Positions 8,947-18,762 of a stretch of DNA of 64,000 nt are shown one piece after another. The stretch covers positions 6,312-70,311 of the IMG/VR virus record IMGVR_UViG_3300011904_000029; one strand, written 5' to 3'. Both the position numbers and the translations under genes were made by a program. Each line of letters starts with the position of its first letter. Positions within the stretch are counted from its first letter, which is position 1. Below the pieces are notes generated by a model that saw only the letters and a program-made list of their open reading frames with translations, ran no database searches and was not told the DNA's origin. The stretch comes from a virus (Duplodnaviria; Heunggongvirae; Uroviricota; Caudoviricetes).

Positions 8947-9915
8947 ACCGAGTTGATTTACATATTCAGCTAGTACACTACTTAATCGTGATGGATGGAG
9001 AATTCCTGTTGCACGTCCTTTATATCCTCGAATCCATGAACCACTTGCGCGAAGGAACCCTAAATACTTCCCAATTCCTGCACCATTTTGACTAAATCTT
9101 GCTGTTTGTTCTAGGCTATTCATAATACTGATCAAATCATCATCAGGAGTAATAATGTGACATGATGACAATGTTCCGTGAGGCGCACCCGAACTCAGTA
9201 AAGTTGGTGTAGCTAATCCTACATAATGATTAGATAAAGCCCAATATGCTTCTTTTACTAACTCCATTCGCTTGGACTTCTTCTCATCTTTCATAAGATA
9301 GAGAGCAGAGGTTAAGAATCGCTCTTGTGGTAATTCTAAGACCTCGCCATTATAGCCCTTTTTAAGATAAGTATTGTTAAGCATGTAGAGTCCAGCATAG
9401 CTAAATTTTTTATCCTTTTCTTTTTCGATAAACTTTCCTGCTTTATTTAATTCTTTTTCAGTATATTGCTCCGTCAAGCTTTCATCATAAATGCCTTGCT
9501 CAACCATTTGAACAACAAAAGAGTAATAATCACCATAACCATTTTTATAATCAAAGCCCCTATTTTTAGACGCTTGCTTATACATCTTCCTCCTCAAAGT
9601 TGCTGCACTTAAATATGTGAAGTCTGGAGTTGACGGAGATATACAGTCATTTGAAAATCTAATAATCAAATCAAACAACTTGTCTGCCTCAAGTTTTTCC
9701 TTGGAATAAACGTAGTCGAATACATTTGCTCGGATTTTATTTAGAATATCTTTGTCGTATTCTTTCTCTGAATCTGTAATGATTTCATGGAAGAAGCGAT
9801 CAAACCTTTCTTCCATGAAATCTGATTCTTGAATGTGTGATTTTCTATCTTTAGTAATAACCGTCAAACAACTACACCCTTTCAGTCTTAAATTTGGTAA
9901 TAATTTATTTTGCAT
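8947..9915 (-). CDS. nrdE: ribonucleotide reductase class Ib alpha subunit, exon 1
   Basis: ATPTLLSSGAPHGTLSSCHII (radical-transfer Cys loop) and FTYLSAATLRRKMY; ends at 5-prime splice site. Confidence 0.85.
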
Positions 9916-9925
9916 ATATTATAAT

Positions 9926-10228
9926 TTATAAAAATTTATTCTCTACTAGCTCCCTCATCCCAGATATGTAGTCCTCGTCTTCATTTTGGCTTAAATCACT
10001 CATTTCTCCATAAGCCTTAGCCATATCTTCTATGTCAAACTCTCTCTTCTCAACTCTTTCCACTGGAACATCTATCGACTCTAAATACTTTTCAATCATA
10101 TTCGTTATTCGCTCATCTAAGCCCCTAATTACATACTCATTCTCTTTGGCACGTCCAACAGTAACGCAAAATTTTCGATGTGTATATAATGACACATTGT
10201 TCACCTCATAAGATTTATTTTTCATCAC
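9926..10228 (-). CDS. hypothetical protein
   Basis: 100-aa ORF upstream of nrdE in same operon. Confidence 0.4.
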   Translation of the reverse strand: MMKNKSYEVNNVSLYTHRKFCVTVGRAKENEYVIRGLDERITNMIEKYLESIDVPVERVEKREFDIEDMAKAYGEMSDLSQNEDEDYISGMRELVENKFL

Positions 10229-10446
10229 CTAAAACTGCTGAACGTGTCAACTTTACCGTTATTTCTCTTTGCAATTCTATTAAAATATGACGTTGCTTCA
10301 CTCCTAAACTTTGACTCATATTCATACAATCTATTTACACCATCAATATGAATAACCGCATAGAACCGTTTAAACGGATTTACCTTTCCTTCAAACGTGT
10401 TGCTGTATACTGTCCTTTTTAATCCTTTATTAAACGACCCTCTCAT
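10225..10446 (-). CDS. hypothetical protein
   Basis: 73-aa ORF, overlapping stop/start with neighbour. Confidence 0.4.
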   Translation of the reverse strand: MRGSFNKGLKRTVYSNTFEGKVNPFKRFYAVIHIDGVNRLYEYESKFRSEATSYFNRIAKRNNGKVDTFSSFR

Positions 10447-10458
10447 TAACCCATCTCC

Positions 10459-10662
10459 TCATTTTAAATTTAATTCATTTAATATTTGACTAAGACCCTT
10501 TTTTCTTTTAGGGTCAATCTTATAAACCTTTTCTCTTAGCTTATCAACGCATTCTTTATGTCCATAGAATTCATGCCTATTATCTTTTTTGTCTGTAAGC
10601 TGTAATACCCACCTCCCATAATGTATTAAATCCTTACACATACAACAGGTCACTACATCCAA
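10459..10662 (-). CDS. hypothetical small Cys-rich protein
   Basis: 67 aa; CCMC...H...H..C pattern; first gene after promoter at 10690-10718. Confidence 0.4.
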   Translation of the reverse strand: MDVVTCCMCKDLIHYGRWVLQLTDKKDNRHEFYGHKECVDKLREKVYKIDPKRKKGLSQILNELNLK

Positions 10663-10689
10663 AATCTCACCTCACTTTAATTTATATTG

Positions 10690-10718
10690 ATTATAGTAAT
10701 TTATTTAATATATGTCAA
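10690..10718 (-). promoter_or_regulatory. sigma-A-type promoter TTGACA-17-TATAAT (conserved family)
   Basis: minus strand TTGACAtatattAAATAAATtacTATAAT; -35 10713-10718, -10 10690-10695. Confidence 0.6.
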
Positions 10719-10747
10719 TAGACTAAATAGAATATAATCAACCACTT

Positions 10748-10945
10748 TTATATCTGATGTACTTCACTGATCATATCTTGTAGCGTCAAAAATGTTTTAG
10801 TAATATATTCATCAATTTTATACCACTCATCATCTGACAGTTGTTCATGGTTTTCTAAATGTGTTGCTAAATAACCAAGATGTTCATTTGACTTTTCAAT
10901 TAAATCAAGGAGCCTATTTCTTTGATTTTCACTTATATTGCTCAC
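10748..10945 (-). CDS. hypothetical protein
   Basis: 65-aa ORF. Confidence 0.35.
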   Translation of the reverse strand: MSNISENQRNRLLDLIEKSNEHLGYLATHLENHEQLSDDEWYKIDEYITKTFLTLQDMISEVHQI

Positions 10946-11139
10946 CTAGGTTCACCTTCACCTTTGCTCAATAAATCTCTTGCCAACAAAGCATTTCGAT
11001 AAGACTCTTTGATTAGTGACACAGCTAAATCACATTTAATTTGACTTATAGACGTATCACTTAAATTTTCTACTCCAAAAAACACTTGATCTAATAGATA
11101 CTGTGTTTTGTTAATGTCCGTCAAAATAGTATTTTTCAT
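10942..11139 (-). CDS. hypothetical protein
   Basis: 65-aa ORF, ATGA overlap with neighbour. Confidence 0.35.
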   Translation of the reverse strand: MKNTILTDINKTQYLLDQVFFGVENLSDTSISQIKCDLAVSLIKESYRNALLARDLLSKGEGEPR

Positions 11140-11459
11140 TATTTCTTCATTCTCCCTAGTATTTCCAATCTCCTTTGATGTAAATCTTTAGCATGATCAA
11201 TATTTTTTATGTCTTTTAAATTTACGTCAATCAACAATCCCATTAAACCTACTTCAAAATCAGCATTAAAATTCTCTGAATGGTCTAATTTATCTTCATC
11301 AAACCAAATAGCCCAGTTCTTATTTTCAGTAAGTACTCTATATGTATATCTTTCGATATCTCTACCATTGTTTTCTTCGATTTCATATCTACAATGTACA
11401 ACTTTACCTTTTTCTCCAGTCTCTTTGATGACCACTCCTTGCCTTAATCCAAATCTCAT
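11139..11459 (-). CDS. hypothetical protein
   Basis: 106-aa ORF. Confidence 0.4.
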   Translation of the reverse strand: MRFGLRQGVVIKETGEKGKVVHCRYEIEENNGRDIERYTYRVLTENKNWAIWFDEDKLDHSENFNADFEVGLMGLLIDVNLKDIKNIDHAKDLHQRRLEILGRMKK

Positions 11460-11503
11460 ACTCCTTTCATCTCCTTTAGACTTATTTATTGTCCAATGGC
11501 TAT

Positions 11504-11893
11504 TTACTTATCAATTTCCTCTGCTTTTAGTTGAAGGTAGTCCTGGAGCAAATCCCTCATTGCATCATCTTTTTCTGCCAAGATCTGATATAAATGAATA
11601 TCTTCCAACTCCTTCCTACGCTTGTCCATTTTTGATTTAATTTCTTTTAACTTTGCTTCTTTTTTAAGCCTTTCTTGATGCCTACTTTTATTAACTTTAT
11701 CAACAACCCATTTAAGCACATTAATTTTAGGATTAGCATTTACTTCTGTCACCTTCCCAAGCTGATAGCCTTGTACAGTATCTACAACTACTAAATCACC
11801 TATAGATAAATCTAAATCGTTCTTGAAGTAGTAGGTTTTTGCAGCAAATTTAAAATCTATATGAGTAATTCCAATAATGTTTGTCATAAGCAT
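11504..11893 (-). CDS. hypothetical protein
   Basis: 129-aa ORF with basic/coiled-coil C-terminus. Confidence 0.4.
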   Translation of the reverse strand: MLMTNIIGITHIDFKFAAKTYYFKNDLDLSIGDLVVVDTVQGYQLGKVTEVNANPKINVLKWVVDKVNKSRHQERLKKEAKLKEIKSKMDKRRKELEDIHLYQILAEKDDAMRDLLQDYLQLKAEEIDK

Positions 11894-11932
11894 ATCTCCT
11901 TTTAAAATTTATTTCACAATGAAATATTCATT

Positions 11933-12154
11933 TTATTCATCTTCTGTTGCAAATTCATTCTCAAATTCAACCTCAATTCGTGAATAATATTTTATTACAT
12001 TATTGATATGTTTGAATTTTTCTATAAAGTGATTGGCATCATTTTCCTCATTTTCTGCCAAGCAATCTGCAACAATTCTAGCGTAATTATCCCTCTGTTC
12101 TCTTAGGCATTTCAATTTAGTATATATTTCATGCAACGTCATATTTACCTTCAT
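11933..12154 (-). CDS. hypothetical protein
   Basis: 73-aa ORF. Confidence 0.35.
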   Translation of the reverse strand: MKVNMTLHEIYTKLKCLREQRDNYARIVADCLAENEENDANHFIEKFKHINNVIKYYSRIEVEFENEFATEDE

Positions 12155-12203
12155 TTAATCACCTCTTGATAACATTATCCTTTTATCACATTCCTCCTGC
12201 GAA

Positions 12204-12386
12204 TTAAATAAAACGGTAAATTTCTTCTTTAGTTAATCTGACAACATTACCATAAGGTGAAATTCCTATAAATAATGGTTTGCTAAGACCTCGATGAAAC
12301 TGGATTTCCTTACAGGCTGCGACTCTCTTAGTTCCATCAGAAACGAAATACTCAAAACCTTTACCTATATACTTCACACCTTTCAC
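12204..12386 (-). CDS. hypothetical protein
   Basis: 60-aa ORF. Confidence 0.3.
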   Translation of the reverse strand: MKGVKYIGKGFEYFVSDGTKRVAACKEIQFHRGLSKPLFIGISPYGNVVRLTKEEIYRFI

Positions 12387-12427
12387 TCCTTCACAATTTG
12401 TATCAATTTCCTAATAAAATCCCTGTT

Positions 12428-12637
12428 TTATCGAATGTTAGTGACTGGTTTAATTTGAGTGTCTTTCATACGATCTTCTAGGTCTTTTAGCTCTCTAAAA
12501 TATCTTTGCTTCACTTCTACTAAAATTCTCTTTTGATTTGTAAAGTCATGTGAATCTAGTTTTGAGTTTGCTAACTCTAATGCATCAATAATGTTTTTTA
12601 ATTCATCGCACTTGCTTACAGCCTCAAATACGTTCAT
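12428..12637 (-). CDS. hypothetical protein
   Basis: 69-aa ORF. Confidence 0.35.
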   Translation of the reverse strand: MNVFEAVSKCDELKNIIDALELANSKLDSHDFTNQKRILVEVKQRYFRELKDLEDRMKDTQIKPVTNIR

Positions 12638-12659
12638 TTTACATCTTCCTTCCTAATAT

Positions 12660-13226
12660 TTATTGACTCTTACTTTTTATCAGTTCTTTAATAACAATTT
12701 GATGAGCCTCAATTTGGGCTTGTTTTAAGTCATCATTAACAATCACATAATCAGCGTACTTCTCATTTTCCAATTCGCTAGTGTTGTTTAGATGCTCCAG
12801 CCTTTTTTTAATTTCAAATACACTGTCTCCACGCTTCATCATTCTCATCGCTAATTTATTGGGACTCGGGGGTTTTATGTATATAATCACAGCTCTGTCT
12901 CCAAGCCCTTCTTTTAATGATTTAGCTCCATTAATATCTTTTGTGCAATGATAAGGAGTGCCATTTAACATGCTTTCTATTGAGAATTGAGGAGTTCCAT
13001 AATAGTTTCCTGCATATTCAGTTGTTTCATAAAAAAAGCAACTTCTTTGAAGTTTAATAAATTTATCAAAACTGACTTGATTAATGTGGTATCCATCAAT
13101 TTCTCCTTCTCTAAGGGATCGAGTTGTATAATTTGTCATGAATCTTATAGGAAGAGAATGTTGAATTGATGATTTTCCTGAGCCACTAGCTCCCATGAAA
13201 ATAAATAATTTCAAATGTATCACCAC
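12660..13226 (-). CDS. gmk: guanylate-kinase-like nucleoside monophosphate kinase
   Basis: 188 aa; P-loop GASGSGKSS followed by TTRSLREGEIDGYHINQVSFDKF and NYYGT, the guanylate kinase fold signature. Confidence 0.6.
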   Translation of the reverse strand: MVIHLKLFIFMGASGSGKSSIQHSLPIRFMTNYTTRSLREGEIDGYHINQVSFDKFIKLQRSCFFYETTEYAGNYYGTPQFSIESMLNGTPYHCTKDINGAKSLKEGLGDRAVIIYIKPPSPNKLAMRMMKRGDSVFEIKKRLEHLNNTSELENEKYADYVIVNDDLKQAQIEAHQIVIKELIKSKSQ

Positions 13227-13726
13227 CTCTGTTGTAGCTCTGTAATTATTTCATCCATTAAATTTTCAGGAATATGATATGTATCCTCCTTTTTGTAAGG
13301 AGACAGAAACAATTTAACTAAATCTTGTTCATTGCTTTTGTTTTCACTTTTTCTTTCCATGTCGTTTTCAATCAATTGGAGTGATTCTGGTCTTTCCACT
13401 CTACACGACCCATCCTTAAATTTAACTTCAATTTGATTGTAGAGATAATCAATCTTGACAATCTCACACTCTTCACTTGTTGATTTGTATAATAATTTAT
13501 TTCCTATATTAAACATTAACAAAGGATTGTTTCTACTTATCGTACTGAGTTCAACATCTTTTACACTAATAATCCTTCCATTACAAATTAAACGAACTTT
13601 ATAGTCGTACATTGGAGTTTTATCTGTGTCAGTAATTTTCACTAACTCGCCTACATGTCTTGGAACTCCTATATCTGAATTCTCATTTAAAACAGCAAGA
13701 TCTCCTTTTTGAAAAGACATGTGCAA
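13220..13726 (-). CDS. hypothetical protein
   Basis: 168-aa ORF. Confidence 0.4.
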   Translation of the reverse strand: MHMSFQKGDLAVLNENSDIGVPRHVGELVKITDTDKTPMYDYKVRLICNGRIISVKDVELSTISRNNPLLMFNIGNKLLYKSTSEECEIVKIDYLYNQIEVKFKDGSCRVERPESLQLIENDMERKSENKSNEQDLVKLFLSPYKKEDTYHIPENLMDEIITELQQRW

Positions 13727-13735
13727 ACTCCTTTC

Positions 13736-14569
13736 TTAATTTAAGCTTATATTTAATTTACTTATGTACTCATTAATTAAATCTCCGACTCTACTAAATT
13801 CTGTGTATGGGATACGTAAAATTGAAATTCCATTTTCTTTGCAGAATGCATCTTTTCTATCATCTCTTTCTAAAACATAATCAAGAGTATTTTTAAAAAG
13901 CTCTCTTTCCTCGAAATGATGTATTCCATCATATTCAATAATAAACAAAACATTTCCATTTATATCATAAATTACAAAATCAAAGAACATTGATTCCCCA
14001 CTATTATTTTTATAATGAACCTCACGATCATATGTCACTCCTAAAGACTCCAAATGGTCAATCACTTCTTTTTCACCTAGAGAAAAATGACAATATTTAC
14101 ATCTTATGCCACTGCGTAAGTTACTAAGGAGCATTTCTGTCCTATGACCATTATTGCACACAACAGTCATTTTTTTGTGTGAGTTGACATATTCCCCTAT
14201 TCTCTTATATCCAATTGACTCAAGAAAACTGTCAACTTCCTTAATTGAAAATCTTTGTTGTACACTACTCTTTTGCAACCAACATTTTCTACATCTAACT
14301 CCTTTTAAAAAATGACTCCAATATATTTCAATTTCATGACCAGCGCTACACTTTACTTTTATTTTGGACTTAGAGTCCTTATAGCTATCTGATATAAGAA
14401 TATAATTTTCTTTTTCTAACTCCTCATTTATAAGATTAATACTCCAATTTGTTTTTCCTTTTCCATTCTTATCTTCTTTTTTGCAACTGGAGCACCTTCT
14501 TCCATTTTTATATTTTTGAAATGTCACTTTCCAATCATGCCCATAAGGGCATCTAACTATAATAGGCAC
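13736..14569 (-). CDS. zinc-ribbon / PD-(D/E)XK-like homing endonuclease paralog (family 2 of 3); annotated from GTG but frame stays open upstream to 14850
   Basis: 277 aa from GTG; C-terminal IEYDGIHHFEE...RDDRKDAFCKENGISILRIPY block shared with 930..2576 and 43898..45400; upstream in-frame extension encodes further CxxC...GH repeats. Confidence 0.5.
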   Translation of the reverse strand: MPIIVRCPYGHDWKVTFQKYKNGRRCSSCKKEDKNGKGKTNWSINLINEELEKENYILISDSYKDSKSKIKVKCSAGHEIEIYWSHFLKGVRCRKCWLQKSSVQQRFSIKEVDSFLESIGYKRIGEYVNSHKKMTVVCNNGHRTEMLLSNLRSGIRCKYCHFSLGEKEVIDHLESLGVTYDREVHYKNNSGESMFFDFVIYDINGNVLFIIEYDGIHHFEERELFKNTLDYVLERDDRKDAFCKENGISILRIPYTEFSRVGDLINEYISKLNISLN

Positions 14570-14853
14570 ATTACTATTGACAAAATCACTGACCAGTTCA
14601 TAGCCATCTTTCTCAAGACTTTTTACAACTTCGTGCTTTGTGATTTTAACCCTATTACTACAACGAGGACACCTTCTTCCTGATTTAAATTTTGAAAAGG
14701 AAGCTTCATATTGATGACCTTTTTCGCATCTTAATACGAGTTTTTCTGTGCTATTTTTATACTCATCGGAAACTAGTCTATACCCGATATTTTCTATATA
14801 CTCTTTAATATCTTTATATGCTAATCTTACCCCATGATTATGACCTTCTCCCT

Positions 14854-15570
14854 TTAATTTAAAATTTCAATTTTTAATTTCTTCCTTCCCCATTGCCAAA
14901 CTCTATCCCTATCAGCAATATATAAGTCTAGTATTTTACCTTTTATTGCTCCTCCACGATCTTGGCAAATTCTTGTCCCTACACTCTCAATGTTAATTTT
15001 TGTACCAAATGGAATATGTGGTGGGCAAGCAATAGTTACGCCTTCTTGAACATAAGCTCCACTTGCAGTTTTTCCATAACCTTTATCACCAGGACTCTTG
15101 CCAGTTGACTCATATCCAGCATGGTAAGCAGTAACTTCATAATAATCAACTTTACCAGATGAGTGACTACTTTTATTTGAGCCACTCATATTAGGGCCTG
15201 TATTGCTTTTACTCGTGTTAACACTACTAATGCTTAATCTATTAACCTTATCTTTTAGCCTATGTATTTCATCATCTTTAACTTTAATCTTTTTCCTTAA
15301 ATCTTCATTATTTTTATTTAATTCATTATTATCTTCCTTTAACCCTTTAATTTCTCCTCGCTGCTTTTCCAATTGACTGTTCTTATTGTAAACCTGATCC
15401 ATCAAAACCCTTTTATTTTTCTCTAGCTCATCAATCTCTTTCTGCTTATCTCCAATTGTCTTATTCATATCGTCCACTTTGTTTTCATATTTTACGACTG
15501 TATTCACATTTGCTCCAATCGCAACAGTTAAAGCAAGAGATATGAATATTGCCTTTTGATTAAAATTCAT
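14854..15570 (-). CDS. secreted coiled-coil protein with C-terminal 3D (MltA-like) cell-wall domain
   Basis: 238 aa; N-terminal signal/TM segment, long Lys/Glu-rich coiled coil, C-terminal YYEVTAYHAGYESTG...GKILDLYIADRD 3D-domain signature. Confidence 0.5.
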   Translation of the reverse strand: MNFNQKAIFISLALTVAIGANVNTVVKYENKVDDMNKTIGDKQKEIDELEKNKRVLMDQVYNKNSQLEKQRGEIKGLKEDNNELNKNNEDLRKKIKVKDDEIHRLKDKVNRLSISSVNTSKSNTGPNMSGSNKSSHSSGKVDYYEVTAYHAGYESTGKSPGDKGYGKTASGAYVQEGVTIACPPHIPFGTKINIESVGTRICQDRGGAIKGKILDLYIADRDRVWQWGRKKLKIEILN

Positions 15571-15628
15571 AAGTCCTCCTATTGATTTTTCGTGTTGTTC
15601 TCCGGCCTCCTTTCTATTAATTTATTTA

Positions 15629-15657
15629 ATTGTAATATTTTATTTAATATATGTCAA
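15629..15657 (-). promoter_or_regulatory. sigma-A-type promoter TTGACA-17-TACAAT (conserved family)
   Basis: minus strand TTGACAtatattAAATAAAAtatTACAAT; -35 15652-15657, -10 15629-15634. Confidence 0.55.
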
Positions 15658-15671
15658 TATGTATTTTCAAT

Positions 15672-16916
15672 TTATTTAACATTTAATAGTTGCTGAAATA
15701 ATGCTTCACAAACATTAATAACTATACTATTACCAGTCATGCGATAGAGTCTTGTCTTTGACCTGTCTCTGCCTTTGTAAAACTTATCATTTACTGCTTT
15801 TCTTGCCACTTCGTAATCCCTATCAGTGAAACCCATTAGCCTAAACGCCTCCTTGTTGGTCATTTCCCTAATGAACAAATATTCTCCCTCTGCAATCAAG
15901 TCATCCTCACTCTTGACCAACTTGTATCCATCATCTATTTTTACGGCAAGCTTTAGTCCTTTTATTTGAGTTTTTGACACATTTTCTAATAACTCACTCA
16001 GTTCAATAGGATTTTTTTTATTAAAAATAGCTACCATAAAATCCTTAGTCACAGTCGTCACCGTATTACTTACGTCATCTTTTCTAATCTCCAGTTGTTG
16101 AGGCTGTCCCATATAGCTTCTTGTCCTTAAACTACAGCCCTTAACAATTCTTCTGTCCAAGACAACGTTATATGGAACCCCTTTAGACATATTGGCTGTT
16201 AAACATCTACTAGCATCATGGTCAGAGTCACTATGGTGCTCAAAATCCCAATGGGTTCTACCACCTTTTGTTTTTCTATTCATATACTCGATTGCTTTTT
16301 CAGTATGTATATGATTTTTTAATATATCTAAATCTGTTTCCAATTTATCTGAGAGTGATTTTTGATTAGGCATTGGCTCAGGGAAATCGAATCCTTTATC
16401 AATATCTTTACGAATACTAATCATAAAGATGCGCTCTCTATTTTGAGGAATTCCAAAATCACGAGCATTTAATATTTGCCAGTAGTTGTTATATCCTGCT
16501 TTTTCTAATTCCTCTTGCATTTCTTTAAACTCATTTTCAAACTTTTTACTTGTTAGTCCTTTTACATTTTCCATTAATGCATATTTTGGACTCTTAGCTC
16601 GGATAATTCTGAGAGCATCAAAAAACAATATCCCTCTATGATCATCAAACCCCAATTGTTTACCAGCTGCCGACCATGATTGACATGGTGGAGAGTAGCA
16701 AATAACATCGCAATCCGGTACATCTTCAATGTTTAATGTAGTTATATCCGTAGCAGGAAAATTTGTATTATGTATTGAATTATAGGCGGTAATCGCAAAT
16801 TCATCATTTTCAACTGCTAAAACTGTTTCATGTTCTATATTAAGATTTTCAAGTGATTTTTTCCAGGCTCCTATTCCTGCAAATAATTCAACTACTTTTA
16901 ATTTACCAATAAGAAA
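15672..16916 (-). CDS. DNA (cytosine-5)-methyltransferase (full-length frame; 5-prime end lacks canonical start / apparent frameshift)
   Basis: open frame encodes motif I VELFAGIGAW, motif IV CYSPPCQSWS, motif VI ENV (ALMENVKGL), motif VIII QNRERIFMI; ORF-track call 15672..16655 starts after motif IV at an internal TTG. Confidence 0.75.
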   Translation of the reverse strand, partial: FLIGKLKVVELFAGIGAWKKSLENLNIEHETVLAVENDEFAITAYNSIHNTNFPATDITTLNIEDVPDCDVICYSPPCQSWSAAGKQLGFDDHRGILFFDALRIIRAKSPKYALMENVKGLTSKKFENEFKEMQEELEKAGYNNYWQILNARDFGIPQNRERIFMISIRKDIDKGFDFPEPMPNQKSLSDKLETDLDILKNHIHTEKAIEYMNRKTKGGRTHWDFEHHSDSDHDASRCLTANMSKGVPYNVVLDRRIVKGCSLRTRSYMGQPQQLEIRKDDVSNTVTTVTKDFMVAIFNKKNPIELSELLENVSKTQIKGLKLAVKIDDGYKLVKSEDDLIAEGEYLFIREMTNKEAFRLMGFTDRDYEVARKAVNDKFYKGRDRSKTRLYRMTGNSIVINVCEALFQQLLNVK

Positions 16917-16930
16917 TCATCTCCATAATT

Positions 16931-16959
16931 ATTATAATATATTTATTTTAGTTCAATAA
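16931..16959 (-). promoter_or_regulatory. possible promoter TTATTG-17-TATAAT immediately upstream of methyltransferase gene
   Basis: minus strand TTATTGaactaAAATAAATatatTATAAT, -10 only 4 nt from ATG at 16926. Confidence 0.3.
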
Positions 16960-17058
16960 AAATTTATTTTATAAATCTACGAGTAATCCCTTGTAATCTA
17001 AGATAAAATAAAACTCTTCTTTTATCGGTATCTCCATACTGTGCAACTCATCTTATTC

Positions 17059-17469
17059 TTAAGCCTCTACAATTGGGAAGTGTATACCATTTACAACAAA
17101 CGAACCTACAGAATAGTAATATCCACCATTCCCTGCATCTGCTGTCATTTCCGCCAAAGCGATTGGGTTTTGGTTGTGGAATAATGTAACTTTAACTTCA
17201 TTTACATTTGTATCACTATCTGGAATATTAATTTGTTCACCGACTTGTACGTTTGTAATAACCGCATCCAATTCAACATTGCTGAACGACCCTCCTGCAT
17301 AAGCACAACAATCACTCTCACTCATTTCAAGTGTAATGATTGTACCATCATCTAATACAAGCTTGTTTTCATTCCATTCTACAATACGTTTATAAAGTAA
17401 AAGTTTATTTAAATCATTTAAATCTCCATAGTTCATCCGTATAGCCCTCCTAATCTTTTTATCAATCAC
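17059..17469 (-). CDS. hypothetical protein
   Basis: 136-aa ORF. Confidence 0.4.
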   Translation of the reverse strand: MIDKKIRRAIRMNYGDLNDLNKLLLYKRIVEWNENKLVLDDGTIITLEMSESDCCAYAGGSFSNVELDAVITNVQVGEQINIPDSDTNVNEVKVTLFHNQNPIALAEMTADAGNGGYYYSVGSFVVNGIHFPIVEA

Positions 17470-17486
17470 TTGATAAAATTAAGGTT

Positions 17487-17861
17487 TTATTTGTCTTTAT
17501 GTTGAGGTGATACCTCACGCACCTCAACAGATACAATGATATGATTTAGATCATTTTTGCTTCTTTGGAGTCTTTCAGTGATCATTGTTAAATTATTGGC
17601 GCTCTTGTAGTTGCCATTATCCAATTCAAAGTGAATAGCTTTACTGATATTACTGTGTAGATTTTTTACTCTATCTCTATGTGCTTTCAGTATTTCATTG
17701 TGCGAATTCTCATAATTGCTTGATTTTAAGTCTGTAGTTAACTGTTTTAGAAGATTACAGTAAGTGTTCATTAATGTTTTAATAGCATTATAATGTAAAT
17801 TTCTAAATTCAAATTCTGCATTATCTAGTGTTAGTGTCATATTTTTAATTGTCTTTTCCAT
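17487..17861 (-). CDS. hypothetical protein
   Basis: 124-aa ORF. Confidence 0.4.
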   Translation of the reverse strand: MEKTIKNMTLTLDNAEFEFRNLHYNAIKTLMNTYCNLLKQLTTDLKSSNYENSHNEILKAHRDRVKNLHSNISKAIHFELDNGNYKSANNLTMITERLQRSKNDLNHIIVSVEVREVSPQHKDK

Positions 17862-17927
17862 TTTTTATTCTCCTTTGACGATTGGTCGTCACCCTATAAT
17901 TATTTAAATACTTATTTTGATATGGTA

Positions 17928-18161
17928 TTACTCATCCATCAGTGCAAAGAATGTTGCAATGTTATGATTTCCACCAGCTCGTTGCGCCACTTTAATTTTA
18001 TTTTCTTCTGAAAGAGTGTTCCAAATAGATGACAGTTCACTAATAATCTCTTCAAATGTTTTACCTTCTGTATCGACTTCAACGAAGCTAAGATCTGCGT
18101 TTACTATCGTAAAGTTTAAAGCCTCAATTACTAAAACTATTTCATTTGAGTTCAGCTTCAC
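17928..18161 (-). CDS. hypothetical protein
   Basis: 77-aa ORF. Confidence 0.35.
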   Translation of the reverse strand: MKLNSNEIVLVIEALNFTIVNADLSFVEVDTEGKTFEEIISELSSIWNTLSEENKIKVAQRAGGNHNIATFFALMDE

Positions 18162-18197
18162 TTTTATGTCTCCCTTATTCTCAATAAACCTAAAATT

Positions 18198-18443
18198 TTA
18201 TTTCTTTGTATCCCATTTAACTTTATTATTAATTTCTTTGATTATAAGTTCTGCAATTCTCTTCCCTTTAGTTTCATTTTCTAGAGTGTCAAAGCGTTGC
18301 TCTAATTTTTCTAATCGGTAATTTATATTTGTTAAAAAGCAAACAAAATCATCAAGTGAATTGATACTGGGTTCTTTTATTTCACCCTTAAACTTCATCA
18401 CAACATTTCCATTGTCATCTATAACCTTAATATTCTGATCCAT
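18198..18443 (-). CDS. hypothetical protein
   Basis: 81-aa ORF. Confidence 0.35.
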   Translation of the reverse strand: MDQNIKVIDDNGNVVMKFKGEIKEPSINSLDDFVCFLTNINYRLEKLEQRFDTLENETKGKRIAELIIKEINNKVKWDTKK

Positions 18444-18486
18444 AATTACATCTCCTTTTATTTATTGGATTAAAATAAATTCTAAT

Positions 18487-18762
18487 TTATAACAACGATC
18501 CATCCATGATTAGAATACTAGTGTCTGAGCTATTAAAATCTTCAAGTACCAAATGAGGATCGACCAGCTTTCCGTCCTCGCTTGGTGCTTGACTAAATCT
18601 TACTAATGCATAATCTTCTGGAACTAGCTTACATTCTTCAAGAAGCACTTCAAGTTCACTTTCATCACCAGCGACAACTTCAATGTACTTTTTAACTGCA
18701 TCAACATCGTCCTTAGCTTTAATTAATGCGTAATAAGGATCAACAATTTCATAGATATTCAT
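18487..18762 (-). CDS. hypothetical acidic protein
   Basis: 91-aa ORF with AGGAGG RBS. Confidence 0.4.
   Translation of the reverse strand: MNIYEIVDPYYALIKAKDDVDAVKKYIEVVAGDESELEVLLEECKLVPEDYALVRFSQAPSEDGKLVDPHLVLEDFNSSDTSILIMDGSLL

Noticed and set aside
6489-9915. Possible intein in NrdE (as in some SPbeta-type nrdE genes)
   Set aside because: After removing the intron the exons are only about 40-50 residues longer than Bacillus NrdE at each end, far too little for an intein; no Cys/Ser-...-His-Asn splicing junction pattern
11209-11640. 143-aa plus-strand ORF (and other plus-strand ORFs such as 600..842, 1946..2134, 19510..19875, 26843..27151, 27194..27472, 42992..43639)
   Set aside because: All lie antisense inside well-supported minus-strand genes, have low-complexity Ser/Leu/Phe-rich products typical of AT-rich antisense frames, and lack RBS
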